Assembly: GCF_036321535.1 (NCBI RefSeq)
Contig: NC_087437.1
Location: forward strand, 24,244,001 to 24,308,000
Length of the DNA stretch: 64,000 nucleotides
Source: Camelus dromedarius
Taxonomy: Eukaryota
Reading direction: 5' to 3'
In this document: piece by piece, positions 37,539-50,630 of the stretch
Layout: each line of letters starts with the position of its first letter
Numbering within the stretch: the stretch's first letter is position 1
Notes under the pieces: generated by a model
Told to the model about the DNA's origin: nothing
Database searches by the model: none
What the model saw: the letters and a program-made list of their open reading frames with translations, nothing else
Made by a program: the position numbers and the translations under genes

Positions 37539-39678
37539 GTAAGTCTCCTGTGGAAACGTTTGGTAGAACTATCATGAATACAAAACACTCTAAAAGATTG
37601 GAATTTCAACACAATATAAGTGTATATTTTAAATCTTAATAAAAAAAAAGCATCATCTAATATCAAAAGAGTAGAGCATTTAATTTTGACTTTTTAGTAG
37701 AAAAAAAAAAACAGAAGATACATAGCTCAGTTTTACAAATCTAGCCTTTAAGACATTAAATAGAATAGATTTCTATAGATACAATAACATAGAAGTTCAT
37801 GGCAAAGTTATCAAATGTAGTAAAATCTGTGGTATTTTTCCATAATAAAAGTACCATATTACCTAAAGAAGTCATTGACTAGTGCTGCTCTTTTGAATTC
37901 TGGAAGGTAAATGAAAGCATTTTGTCTGGTATGACAATTTTTTTCCCACAGCAGGGCAAAACTTTGAGAAATCTGGGAGCGTGATTAGACACCATAATTT
38001 TTCCCACACATCAAGTATAAATGATTAAATTATCTTCATGAATATGAGATTATGCATGCAAAATAAACAAATTTAAATGTGTATACAATTACCTGTAATC
38101 TGGAAATGAGTACATGTTGTTCATGAACTGTAATTATTTGCTCTCACACATGGAGAGTTTTTGTGGCTTGTGGGGGTAACTTTGACTCCTATTAGAAACA
38201 GTTTGTGAATTGCTGCTACTCAAACTTGCCAATTTTTAGGGCAGCATCACAAAAGATCTTTTTCTGTTCTTATTTTAAAATTTTTTCAAGGTTTTTAAAT
38301 CTGTTTACTCTCACCATAACTTTCAGAGCCTTGATTTTATGAGCAATTAAGAGAGATTTCACTCTGTTATAGAAATTATATTAACCTGGAAGGCATGATG
38401 TGTTTTTCATAATTCTCTGACATTCTTTGCCTCTCTGATAATAAAGACTTCCAGCCAACTAGTAATGGGTTTCTTTTAACACTAATATTTCAACTTTTTG
38501 GCTGTTCTAAGTTTCTCTAGTGATGATATCATTTAAAACATAATTGTTGCACTCAAATATTTTATTTCCTTGAACTATTAAGTTTTCATGAGAGGCTCAT
38601 AGACTCTTTTATTTCATGGACCATAAATAAACCCCCAATCCACCACTTCAGCACATTTCTAATTGTAATGCACCGTGTAATGTTATAGGCCATTATACAG
38701 ATGTTTTCTGTTATTGTAAGGTGGCAGACAGTGACATTGAAATGTGTGCTTGCATTAGAGACATAGTGTGAACTCAATCATGAGTCTTAATGTAATAGTT
38801 TTCTTAACTCTAGAAACCCAAATTTATTCAGCCGTGTTTGCCTTTCAAGTAAATTGTTACATTTGAATTCTTGTAAATAGCATCCTGGTAAAAGACATGT
38901 CCTGATTTCTCTGGATTAAATACAAATAAATAGATAAGAATATTACTTTCATTCAGACTTTACTGTGTATAGTTTTGTAAGAGAGTTGATCACTGGTATT
39001 AAGCATATTGTTGATATGGAAAGTCCTTATATTCTTTGAGTTTATGACAAAACAGTGCCATCCTCCTTGTCAATGTAATAAAACCAGAATCTGAGGGGTG
39101 GTTTTTCAGTATGTGGTTGTAGGTTGTAATCATCTTTATAAAGAACAGATAAACTCAAGTACAGCTAGAGATACCCTCACTCAAAATGCATGATGTACCG
39201 CCTTCTTTCAAAATTAACCTTTTCCTTGGAGAGGAAAGTTGCTAATATCTGAGTTTCTTGCTTATAGACTCAGATGTTGGATGTTAGCAACCCATTCTTT
39301 GGCAGCTTGAAAAAACAGGCTCACCTTAAGGCCATGATACACCAGCTCTTAATATTCAGTCATAATTAAGAGGTTTCAGGTGAAAGAATATAGGGAATGC
39401 TAAGATGTCCAAGGAGAGTCCATGTCAAGTTTTTTCATGTCTAACAATAAATTGATAACATTGTTACTAGGTACCAGGCACTATGCTGAGGACTTTTTAG
39501 GTATCACTTCACTAAATCCTCAAAACAATGAAGTAGCAATTAACATCCATTTGAACACTCAACTGAGTGCTCCATTTTAATTGCTTTATTTAATCCTCAA
39601 CACAAATGCATAATACTATTATTACTCGCATTCTACTGATGAGAAAATAGAATGATTATATAATTTATCAAAGATCTT

Positions 39679-40263
39679 TGCAGTAGTTTTCTACTGCTAC
39701 GTAACAAATTACTACAAACTTAGTAATGGCTTATACCAACATCCATTTATTAGCTCACAGTTCTATCAAAAGTCTGACTACTGTATGACTGGGTTCTCTG
39801 CTCAGGGTCTCTCCAAAGGCTAATATCAAGCTGTCAGTTAGACTGACTGCTGATCTGGAAGTTTGGGGGTAGAATCTGCTTTGTCAGAATTCAGTTCCTT
39901 GTGACAGTAGGACCAAGGTCCCATTGACTTGCTGCTGTCAGCTGGAAGATGAGAGTTCTAGGGCTCATTCACACTCCTCGCCATTTGTCCCGCACCCACA
40001 TTTTGAAAATCGACAGTGGAGAATTTGTCTCTTGTCATATCCCTCTCACATTTCAAACTTCTTTCACCAGGAAAATCTTTGTCCCTTATAAGGCTCCCCT
40101 GATTAGGGCAGACCCACTTACTTTCTTGAAGTCAATTGTGCCACAGAACATAACCTAATCATAGGAATAATATCTCATCCTATTTCTAGTCTTAAGGATT
40201 ATAAAGAATGTGTACACAGTAAGCACTCATCTTGAGGGACATTTTAGAATTCTGCCTACAACA
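39679..40263 (-). mobile_element. MLT1E-like MaLR solo LTR inserted in a MIR
   Basis: gtaacaaattactacaaacttag...atttattagctcacagttct...cagaattcagttccttgtg...cattttagaattctgcctacaaCA; MIR remnants flank it (~39450-39678 and ~40264-40330). Confidence 0.85.
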
Positions 40264-43176
40264 GTCTAATAGTGAGTGGGGAACTGATTTCAAATGAAAA
40301 TCTAAATTGTCAAAGCCCTAACTTAGCCATTTTTCAATTCTAGATGGGGATAGTTAAGAACCTACAAGTTCTCTAGAATTGTCTCAAAGGGTGAGTGAAA
40401 AAAGATATTTTTTAGTTATAATGACATACAATATTATTACTAATTTCAGATATACAACATAATGACTTGATACGTTTGTACTGTGAAATGATCAGCAAAA
40501 TATATCTAGTTAACTTCCTTTACCACACAGTTACAATTTTTTTCTTGTGATGAGAACATTTAATATCTACACTCTTAGTGAATTTCAAATATGCAGTATT
40601 ATTGTGGTCACCATGCTGTTTATTACATACCCACGACTTATAACTGAAAGTTTGTAACATTTGACCACAATCACCAATTTTGCCCACCCCGACCCACAAC
40701 CTCTGGCAACCACCAGTCTTTCTCTGTATCTATGAGTATGGTTTTTTAGATTCCAAATATAAGGGAAGTTATTCAGTATTTGTCTTTCTCTGTTTGACTT
40801 ATTTACTCAGCATATGCCCACAAGGTTCACCCATGTTGTTTCAAATAGCAGGATTTCCTTCTCATAGTGAGAAAATATTCCATTGTGTATGCGTATGGCA
40901 TATACCACATTTTCTTTATTCATTGATCTGTCAGTGGACACTTAGGTGTTTTTATGTCTTGGCTATTGTAAATAGTGCTGCAGTGAACAAGGGGGTGCAG
41001 ATGTTTTTCCATGTTAGTGTTTTCGTTTGTTTCAGTGAATACCAAAATCTAGAACTGCTGTATGATAGAGTCGTTCTATTTTTAATTTTTTGAGGAACCT
41101 CCATACTGTTTTCCACACTGGATACATAAATTTACATTTCCACCAACAGTGCACAAGAGTTCCCTTTTCTCCACATCCTGGCCAACACTTGTTATTGTGT
41201 GTGTGTGTCTGTGTGTGTTTTGATAACAGCATTATAAAGTGTGAGGTGATATCTCACCGTGGTTTCAATTTGCATTTTCCTGATGATTAGTGGTGTTGAG
41301 CCTCTTTTCATGTACCTGTTAGCCATTTATATATATTCTTTGGAACAATATCTATTCATATTCTCTGTCCATTTTTTAATTGGATTTTGTCTTTGTTTTG
41401 CTTTTTGCTTTTGGCGATTGAGTTGTATGAGTTCTTTATATATTTTGGATTTTAACCATTTCTTAGATATATGTTTTGCGAACATTTTCTCCCATACGTA
41501 GGTTGCCTTTTTATTTTGTTGGTGGTTAGTTAGCTTTGTTGTACAGAGCCTTTTAGTTTGATGTAGTCCCACTTGTTTATTTTTGCTTTTGTTACCTTTG
41601 CTTTGGTGTCAAATCCAAAATATCAGTAAAACTGATGTCAAGGAGCTTATGCTCCGTGTTTTCTTCAAGGAATTTTATGGTTTCAGGTCTCATGGTCAAG
41701 TCTTTAAACCATATTGAGTTGATATTTTTGTGTGTAGTGTAAGACAGGGGTCCAGTTTTCCCATCACCATTTTTTGAAAAGACTCTCCTTTACCATTTTA
41801 TATTCTTGTCTCCTTTGTAATAAATTAATTGACCATATATGTATGGGTTTAGTTCTGGGCTCCCTATTCTATTCCACTGATCTATGTGTCTGTTTTTATG
41901 CCAAAACTACATAGTATACTGTTTTGATTATTATGGCTTTTTAATATACTTTGAAATTAGAAAGCATGATGCCTCCAGCTTAGTTCTTTCTCAGGATTTC
42001 TTTGGCTAATGGTATTTTTGTGATCCAATACAAACTTTAGGATTGTTTATTGTAGTTCTATAAAAATTGCCATTGGAATTTTGATAGGAATTTCACTGAA
42101 TCTGTAGATTGCTACGGGCAGTTTGGATATTTTAACAGTATTAGTCCTTCCAACCAGGAGTACAAAATATCTTCCCATTTATTTGTGACCTCTTTAATTT
42201 CTTCCATGCCTTACAGTTTTCAGTGTACAGATCTTTCACCTGCTTAAATTTATTTCTAGGAATTTTATTCTTCTTGATACAATTGTAAATGGGATTTTTT
42301 AAAAATTTCTCTTTCTGATAGTTTGCTTTTAGTGTATAGAAACAAAACTGAATTTGTATATTGACTTTGTATCCTGCACAGTTTTTTAGTTCAAACAGTT
42401 TTTGTTGGAGTGTTTAGGTTTTCTATATATAATATTATGTCATTTGCAAATAGAAACAGCTTTACTTTTTTCTGACTTGAATGCTTCTTCTTCCTTGTCT
42501 AATTGCTCTGGTCAGGACTTCCACCACTATGTTGAATAAAAGTGGCAACAGTGGGCATCCTTGTCTTGTTCTTGATCTTAGAGGAAATGCTTTCAGCTTT
42601 TCACCATTGTGTAAGATGTTAGCTATGGGTTTGTCTTATATGATCTTTAATATATTAAGATGTGTTCTCCCTACACCAACTTTGTTGAGAATTTTTATCA
42701 TAAATGGATGTGGATTTTATCAAATGCTTTTTCTGCATCTAATGAACAGATAATGATTTTTAGCCTTTATTTTGTTAGTGTTTGTATATCATGTTGATTG
42801 ATTTACAGATGTTGAACCATCCTTGCATCCCTGAAATAAATCCCACTTGATCATGGTATATGATGTTTTCAGTGTATCACTGAATTCAGTTTGCTAACAT
42901 TTTGCTGAGGATGTTTGCGTCTATGTTTATTAGGGATATTCACCTGTTATTTTCTTTCCTTATGCTGTCTGTGGTTTTGATACCCAGGTAATGCTAGCCT
43001 TGTAAAATGACTTTAGAAGTATTCCCTCTTCTATTTTTTGGAAAAGTTTGAGAAGGATTGATATTAATTCCTTCTTGACTGTTTGGTAGAATTCTCGAGG
43101 GAAGCCATCTGGTCCTGGACTTTTGTTTATTAGAATGTTTTTGGTTGTTGAGTCAATATCCTTAGTAATCAGGCTA

Positions 43177-43658
43177 CAGACATACCTCATTTTATTGTTC
43201 TTTGCTTTACTGTGCTTTGCAAATATGCTTTTTTTCTTTTTTTTAACAAGTTGAAGGTTTGTGGCAATCCTATGTCAAGGAATCTATCAGTGCCATTTTT
43301 CCAACATTATTTACTCCGTGACTCTGTGTCACATTTTGGTAATCCTTACAAAACTTTAAAGTTTTTCATTATTGTGTTTGTTTTTAACAATTTGTGATCA
43401 GTGATCCTTGATGATACTATTATGACTTGCTGAAGGTTCAGGTGATGGTTAGCATTTTAAAACAATAAAGTACTTTGTAATTAAGGCAAGTAAATTTTTT
43501 AGGTATGATGCTATTGCATGTTTAATAGATTACAACATAGTGTAAACGTAACTTTTGTATGTACTGGATAACAAAAAAAAAATGTGACTTGTTTTATTGC
43601 AATTTTGCTTTATTGTGGTGGTCTGGATTCAAAGTGCAATATCTTCAAGGTATGCCTG
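43177..43658 (+). mobile_element. Internally deleted Tigger1 DNA transposon (482 bp) inside L1 ORF2
   Basis: Terminal inverted repeats CAGACATACCT...AGGTATGCCTG flanked by TA (43175-43176 and 43659-43660); the host L1 is contiguous across the site. Confidence 0.93.
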
Positions 43659-46369
43659 TATTCAGATTTTCTATTTCATCATGATTCAGACTGAAAAAGT
43701 TGTATGTTTTAAGAACTTATGCATTTCACTTAGGTTGCCCAATTTGTTGGTTTATGATTGTTTATAGTTGTCCCTTATTAACCTCTGTATTTTGTTGGTT
43801 TCACTTGTACCATCGTCTCTTTTATTTCTGATTTTATTTATTTGAACCCTCTCTTTTTTCTTCTCAGTGAGTTTAGCTAAAGGTTTGTCCATTTTTTTTT
43901 TTTTAGTCTTTTTAAAGAATAAGCTCTTGTTCTGTTAATCCATTCTCTTGTCTTTTTAGTCTCTGTTTCATTTGTCTTCTTTCTGATCTTTGTTTTCTTT
44001 CTTCTACTAACTTTGGGATTCATTTGTTTTTCTTTTTCTAGTTTTTTTAGGTGTAAAGTTAAATTATTTAAGATTTTCTTGTTTCTTAAAGTAGGTCTGT
44101 ATTACTATTAACTTCCCTCTCAGAACTTTTTGCTGCCTCCCATAAATTTTGGTATGTTGTATTTCCATTTTGTCTCAAGGTATTTTTTTAATGTGTCTTT
44201 TGATTGCTTCATTGACCCATTGGTTGTTTGGTAGTATGTTGTTTAATCTCCACATATTTGTGGATTTTTTAGTTTTCTCCTTATAATTACTTTCTAGTTT
44301 CATTCCATTGTTGGAAAAGAGTTTGATATCATTTAACTATTCTTAAATTTACTAAGACTTGTTTTGTGGCCTAACCTGTGAGCTATCCTGGAGAATGTTT
44401 CAAGTGCACTTGAGAAGAATGTTTATTATGGTGCTTTTGAATGGAATATTATATATATATATATATATGTGTTAAGTTTATCCAGTCTAATATGTCAAGT
44501 AAGGACAATATGTCCTTGTTGATTTTCTGTCTGGATGATCTGTCCAATGATGTTCAGTGGGGTATTAAAGTCCCCTATTATTATTTATTATTTTGTTGCT
44601 GTCTATTTTTCCGTTTTGGTCTATTAACATTTGCTTTATATGTATTTAAGTGCTCCTATATTGAGTGCATAAATATTTACAAATGTTATATCTTTTTGTT
44701 GGCTTGATCCCGTAAGTGTTATGTAATGCCCTTGTTCTTTTATTTGAAACATATTCCTTTGTTTCCTCATTTTGCTCTACTCTCTGTCTTTGTTTCTGTG
44801 TATTAGATGAAACTGCCATCTTGTATAGGAGATGAAGCTTGTCTTTAACCCTGGTCTAGTTCTTTGTTGTCTCTCAAACGTCTGTGATTATCCAAGCGGC
44901 CCGTTTTATTTGTAACACCTCCTGGTTGTTGAGGGTGTGCCAAAAAGGGGGAGCTCAGTCAGCTCCTAGATTCAGCCTTATTGGAAGCCAAACCCTCAGG
45001 AAGCAGTCCTGTGGGACTGCAAGCATAAGCCCTGCTGGCCACCAGACCAGGTGATCTGTGTGTGTCCTCAGTTAACAGTTGCAAAAATCATGTCCACAGA
45101 CTAGTGGATACACTCCAGTCTGGCAGATGGTAGAGGGAAAACATAAAGATGGTGTTCCTCAGTCTGTTTCCTGAGAGCACCCTTGTAGGCCTCTAGAGGT
45201 GTGCCAGGCTGGAAGCTTGCCCCTCAGACAACAGATCCATGACCGGCAAATAGGCCCTCTCACTGAAAGACAGGGTATAATTTCAGTCTGCTCTCTGTGC
45301 AGTATCCCGGGAGTGGTAGTCTGCCAATGACTGTCTCTCTGATTGTAACAGTCCTGTGGGACTCAAAATGCCACGAAAGCCAGGCATTCAAAGGGAATTC
45401 CTTGAGTGACAGCCCTAACACTAGGGCACTAGCCATGTGTGAGAGCTCCCCTCTGACAGATAGCGGCACTCTAGAGCACAGCAGAGGGGAAGTGCAAAGA
45501 CAGCGCTCACCTCCAGAGGTCCCCGGAAAGGTTTACCATCAGCGTGGAGATACGTGTTTCCTTGGAAGCCTCCCCAGCGCCGAGGCCGCAGCTGGAACAA
45601 TAAGCTCACAGGCTTTTGCGTAGGAAGACTGAACTAGGCCTGTTGTCTCTTGCTGTGCCTCAGGGTCTTAGCTGTTTAAGAGCCCCTTCTCTGTGCATTA
45701 TAGTCTTGTGAAACCTGTGAGCATAAGCCCCACCAGTCACTAGGGCCAGACAATGTGGAGGTGTCCCCAAGCTGCGAGAGTTGGGGCATCAGACAGGGTA
45801 TAATCTCCTTTCTGGGCGACATCGGTGAGCCGGAGCAAGGCAGAGGGGAAGTGCAGAGATTCACTGAGAGCAAGTATGCCAGACCAGAAGCCTGCCCCTC
45901 AGGCCGAAGCTCCTAAACACAGAAATAGGCCTCTTTCTCAGAAAGACTGGGGGTATGTTTTAGTTGACTATCTGCGCAGTGCCCTGGGGGTGGTAATCTG
46001 CCGAGCACCGCCTCTCCTATGATTACAGTCCCATAGGACCCAGGAACACAAGTGCCCCTGCCCTCCAGGTCCAGATGATCAAGAGACATCTCCTGGGCAG
46101 CAGCCACAAAAACCAGGGTACCAGGCACGTGTAAAACCTCCCGTCCGGGAGACACTGGCACTGTGGAGCATGGCAGAGGGAGAGCATGAAGATGACACTT
46201 GCTCGAGAAAAAGAAAAAGGCACTCTCCAGCCTGAGCAAGGTAGAGAGAGGGTGCAAAAATGGCACCCACTGGCTCCTCTGTCCCCGGAAAGTATCCTAA
46301 CAGGCCCCTGCCCCTCAAGCCAACACTTTTAAGATTAGCAAGTGAATCTCGTTGTCATAAAGTCTGGGC

Positions 46370-46395
46370 TTTTTTTTTTTTTTTTTTTTTTTTTT
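46370..46395. repeat. Poly(T)26 within the L1 5'UTR
   Basis: Direct count. Confidence 0.95.
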
Positions 46396-47099
46396 GAATG
46401 GCTGCTTCTGCACTGGGCCCTGGGGTGAATGTATGCATGAGCCTTTTAAGAGCAGTTTCTCAGTTTGGGTCTTAGGGACACAAGCCCTGTTAGTTTTCAA
46501 AGCTTAATGTTTGGGAGGGCTTGTTTTTCCAGTGCAGTTCTTAAATGTTGGGGTACCTGACCTGGGGTATGAACCCTTTGCTCCTCAGGGAGAAGCTATA
46601 GGTTTGCGAGTTCCCTCCTGAACGTGGGTCGCCAGGGCAGGGATGGGGTTCATGGGAAGACCACACCTCAGCCTCCTCTGTTGCCTCTGTTTGACCCTTT
46701 TCTTGTTTGCCCACTGGGGGAGCTGCTCAGCTGGTTTTCAGGTCTTTTTCAGAGGAACCTGTTCCCTATGTAGCTGTAGATTCTGTGTCCATGGGAGAAG
46801 GTGAATTCAGGATCTTCCTGTGTCACCACTTGGGATTGCCTCTCCTCCATGAGTTTGTTTTGGTTTTTTGTTTGTTTTTTAAGAGCTGTCCTGTCAGAGA
46901 GCTGGTTTACTGCCATACCAGATTTACTTTGCCCAAATATGTTTTAAGTTTTGTTCAAAGGCGGGAAGACCTAGAATAGTTGTTACACTTGGACTGGAGT
47001 AGCCCTTATTTTAATGCATGGCCTTTCTGGAAAATTGGTTGTACACTGAGGATGTTCAGCAAGGTCTCTCCCCTCTAGCATGTCAGAACATCAGCACAG

Positions 47100-47600
47100 C
47101 CCAGCACGGGATGACCTGTGGAATCTCTGTTCAGCTCAAAGCCCACCAGTGGCTATTCTCTACCAGGCTTCACTTTGTAGAAGGGGACTCTCAAGGGGAC
47201 TTTCGTAGAGGCTGCAGGCTCCTTCCCTGCACAGCTTCCCTGAGTCTGCAGTCTGCACACCTAACCCTCAAATGCCTGAAACCTTTGCAGACCTAGATCC
47301 AATCTGTGTATCTTCTACCAAGTGAAACTGAAGATACATGTTTGGGTCTACTTTCCTGTGCTGTGATGCGGAGAAAGCCCCCAGGCAGAAAGGCAGCACA
47401 AATACGGAGTTTGCTTCATGTACTTCCCTTTTCTCCAGGACCTCTGCTCTCTGGCGCCTTCCTCCTGCCTAAAAATAATTTGCGTGTGTGTGTGTGTGTG
47501 TGTGTATGCCAGAATATATGTATTATCTAGCTTTGTAATTGTTTTAGTCAGGAAGGGAAGTCTAACACCTGCCACTTCCTCATGTCCAGAATCAAACATT
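47100..47600 (-). mobile_element. Old L1 (L1M4/ME-like) 5'-end fragment containing (TG)n at ~47485-47504
   Basis: ccaggcagaaag...cttcccttttctccagga...ttgttttagtcaggaagggaagtct...cttcctcatgtccagaa. Confidence 0.55.
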
Positions 47601-47649
47601 TTTCTATAGTGTTCTTACAGTTATCTTCAATCTAATCTCATTAGGAAAC

Positions 47650-47885
47650 AAATGGCTGAGAGTAATTTGTCTATATTGGTTAAGCACATAAACTTTGGAA
47701 ACAGCATTCCCTGGCTCAAATTCTAGTATGGCCACTTCTGAGTTGTAATACTTGGACAAAATACCAGTCTTTCTGTTCCTCAGTTTCTTCATGTCTAAAA
47801 AATGGGAATTGTAATAGTTCTCGACTCGAAAGTTCTAGCAGAAGTTAAATAAATTAATGTATGATGAAGGTTCTAAAGTGTTAGT
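47650..47885 (+). mobile_element. MIR SINE
   Basis: ggttaagcacataaactttgga...ggctcaaattc...ctgttcctcagtttcttcatgtctaaaa. Confidence 0.85.
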
Positions 47886-48899
47886 TACCCATACCTAAGC
47901 CAAGCGTCTATGGCTAAATAAAAATAACGCACCCAGGCAAATTGTTACTACCATGATGTTGTCACACGTGTAGCCATATCCTTGTATTCTGTTCCCTAAG
48001 AAGAATTTTCCAACAGGGAAAAAAATTAAATACTTCATCTTTAAGGTATCTGGGCTAGGCAACAATTCATTGGTTGGTATTTCTCTCCTCCTGGTCTTCC
48101 ACAATGTGGAACAAGTAAACTCCAGATAATCATGGTTAAGGTGGGGAAGTGGGGAAACCAGTTGTACAAAATGCTGCCTCAGCCATCTTCTACAGAACAA
48201 ATAAATGCTGGAATTAAGTGAATCAGTCCCCAAAGAATAGAGTTGGTGCCTTTGTTTGAGAATTGTGCCTTTGTTTAGCTGATCCACTAGTTTAAAGTCC
48301 ACATTGCCATGGGGGTTAAGCCTTTAGAAAGTAATCCTATGTGAATGCTTCCTCAGCTCTCCCTCAAACCAGATTCTTTACTTATTTCAGGGTTCCTATA
48401 AGTCCTCCCCAATCAGGACGACATATCTCCTCAAAGGAAATTAGAATAAAAGTCTCCATCCTTCCCTGGGTATCAGAAACTTATCATCAGTTTCAAGTGG
48501 TTGCAAATGGACTTGTTACCTATTCCAGCTTCTTCCACTTAACAAGGGAGAGAGTGACTTCTATTCCTCACAGGCTCAGGAAAATTAATATCTCTGTTCA
48601 TACCACTGCTGTGGCCATGTTACTTCTTCAAGTACCTGGTGACTCATTATTTCATGCAATAAATGAGATTTTTTTTTTTGCCCTGAGGACCATCTAGATC
48701 AGTCTTCATGAGGCTGACAGAAAAAGTTAAGTTTCTACTTCTGAATATGACTTTTACATTATGTATAGAATAATAATTCTATTCTGAAATGTACCCATCT
48801 TCTAGCCAGGCTTCCACCCAATTAAACCAAGAGTACCTCTGCTTGAATCTTCCAAATGGGAGGGACCGCACTCACGTTTCTTGCTGTGAGCCTCTCATT

Positions 48900-50630
48900 T
48901 CTACTTTCATAGGAGACACATGTGTTTCATTTCACTGAGCTTCATCTCTCTTCTCCAACGGCAACCACACCCATACAGGTCAACCCTTTATCTTCAACCT
49001 TTGCATCTCTACTGACTCCTTCCCATAAATATTTAACATGTTTAGGTATCTGTCATCTAAAAAAAAAACATAAAATGTTATTGATCCATATGGAACACCT
49101 GTTCTTTCCCTTTTCTTTCTGTAGCACAGCTTTTGAAAGAGTTTTCTTTGTAGTCTTCAATCATTCCACACACACTCATTAACTTCTGCTCTCCAGTTAT
49201 TGTTCCAGGTTTAATTTCACATTAGTCTCCTCCACTCATACTGTAAGCATCACTCATACAGAACTTGCTTCATTTCTTTACTAGGTCTGCTTGCCTCCAA
49301 GCCTTCTCATTCACTATTCCCTCTTTCTAGAACACTCTCCCCACTACTGGTCCACATTCATTGTAGAATAGAAATTATTTTGTCCAAGATCATCATTGCT
49401 AATTCCAGTGTTCCTTTCTCAATCTTTTCTGTAGTATTTGATGCTGTTGAAAAACCCTCTTCCTCTCAGCCGATGAGACTGTCCTCTTGATCCTCATCCG
49501 ACCTCTGGCTGTAATCGTGTTTCCTTCTCAGGCCCCTCTGCTTTCTCTAATTAAATATTGGTATTCCTTCAGCTTTGATCTGAATCCAGTTCCATGAACG
49601 ATGTTATTCTCTCTCAGCTTGAATTGTCGTCGCCATCATGCTTTCAACTCTCCTTGTTTTATATCTCTCCAAAGTTTAAGACTCATATGTCCAAATGCCT
49701 CCTGGACATTTACACTTACAAGTTTTCAGGCACCTCCAGCTCACCAAATCAAAACCTAAACTCCCATTCATCCATGGCTGCAACTTCTCATATGTCACCC
49801 ATCTAAATGAATGTCACAATCATTTCCCAGTTACCTAAATCAGAATCCTGAATATAAACCATGACTTATTTTTATCCTTCTCAATATACAGTAAGTGACT
49901 AAAATCAGTCAATTCTTCATCCATTATGTATTACAAACCTATTCATTTTTCTTCATTTCCTTTAATCAAAGTTATTGTCATCTCTTAACTAGATAATATT
50001 TGTATTAAGTACCAATTGCTCTTTTTGCCTCATTTGGCCCTTGCAATACACAATGCTGCCTCAAAGAGCTTTCATAAATGCAGACTCACCTCTTCCATTC
50101 CCGAGCTTAGAAGCTTTCTACGGCTCCTCCCTGTGCTAAGGAAAAGTCCAAACTCCATATCAAGCTAACAAAGCTTCCATGGCCTAATCCCTGCGTATTG
50201 TTCCAAGTTTATTTCTCACATTGGTCTCCTAAGCTCATCTTCTAAGCCTCAGCCATACAGAACTTGCACCATGTTCCCTGAGCATCACCATGCCTGCTTG
50301 CCTGCAAGCCTTCTAATGAACTGTTTCCTCTCTCTAGAACACTCTTCACTATTCATCCCCATTCACTGGGCTAATCCTCATGTAGATTTCAGATCTCTCC
50401 TTGTATGTTAATTTTCTATAATCCGCTGAGTGATCTGGGGGGGTCCATCCCATAAATTCCTATTCTACCCTGCAATTTCCTTGTAAAGGCACCTAAATTA
50501 CCTGCCTCTCCTATAAATAATAAACAGTATGGCACCGGTATCATACCTGTTTGACATTGTATCCCCAGGGCCAGGCACAGTGCATGGCATATAAATATAT
50601 GTTGAAATATGAATGATTTAATGAATGAAC
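48900..50630 (+). mobile_element. L2 LINE, 3' ~1.7 kb
   Basis: gtagtatttgatgctgttga, actcatatgtccaaatgcctcctggacatt, and a terminal ggcacagtgcatggcatata...tgaatga repeat. Confidence 0.85.

Larger units (their letters stand above)
40408..46847 (-). mobile_element. L1 (L1MA-type 3' end, L1M2/3-like 5' end) retaining both termini, with most of ORF1 deleted
   Basis: ORF2 remnants (41032-41232 [16 protein letters not shown]; 42960-43190 KSPGPDGF), ORF1 start MRKQRNMFQIKEQ at 44770, a GC-richer ~2 kb 5'UTR and a 5' terminus at ~46800-46847. Confidence 0.93.

Noticed and set aside
39320..39400. Minus-strand exon ending at AAG|GTGAGC
   Set aside because: Weak acceptor and stops in all frames; isolated donor motifs (also ~53620 and ~60705) are expected by chance.
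45260..46979. Cluster of overlapping ORFs as a gene or CpG-island promoter
   Set aside because: This is the GC-richer L1 5'UTR, where low stop-codon density explains the ORFs.
47895..48697. 135-aa and 118-aa ORFs in unique DNA
   Set aside because: Non-ATG starts, no recognisable domain and no convincing flanking splice sites.
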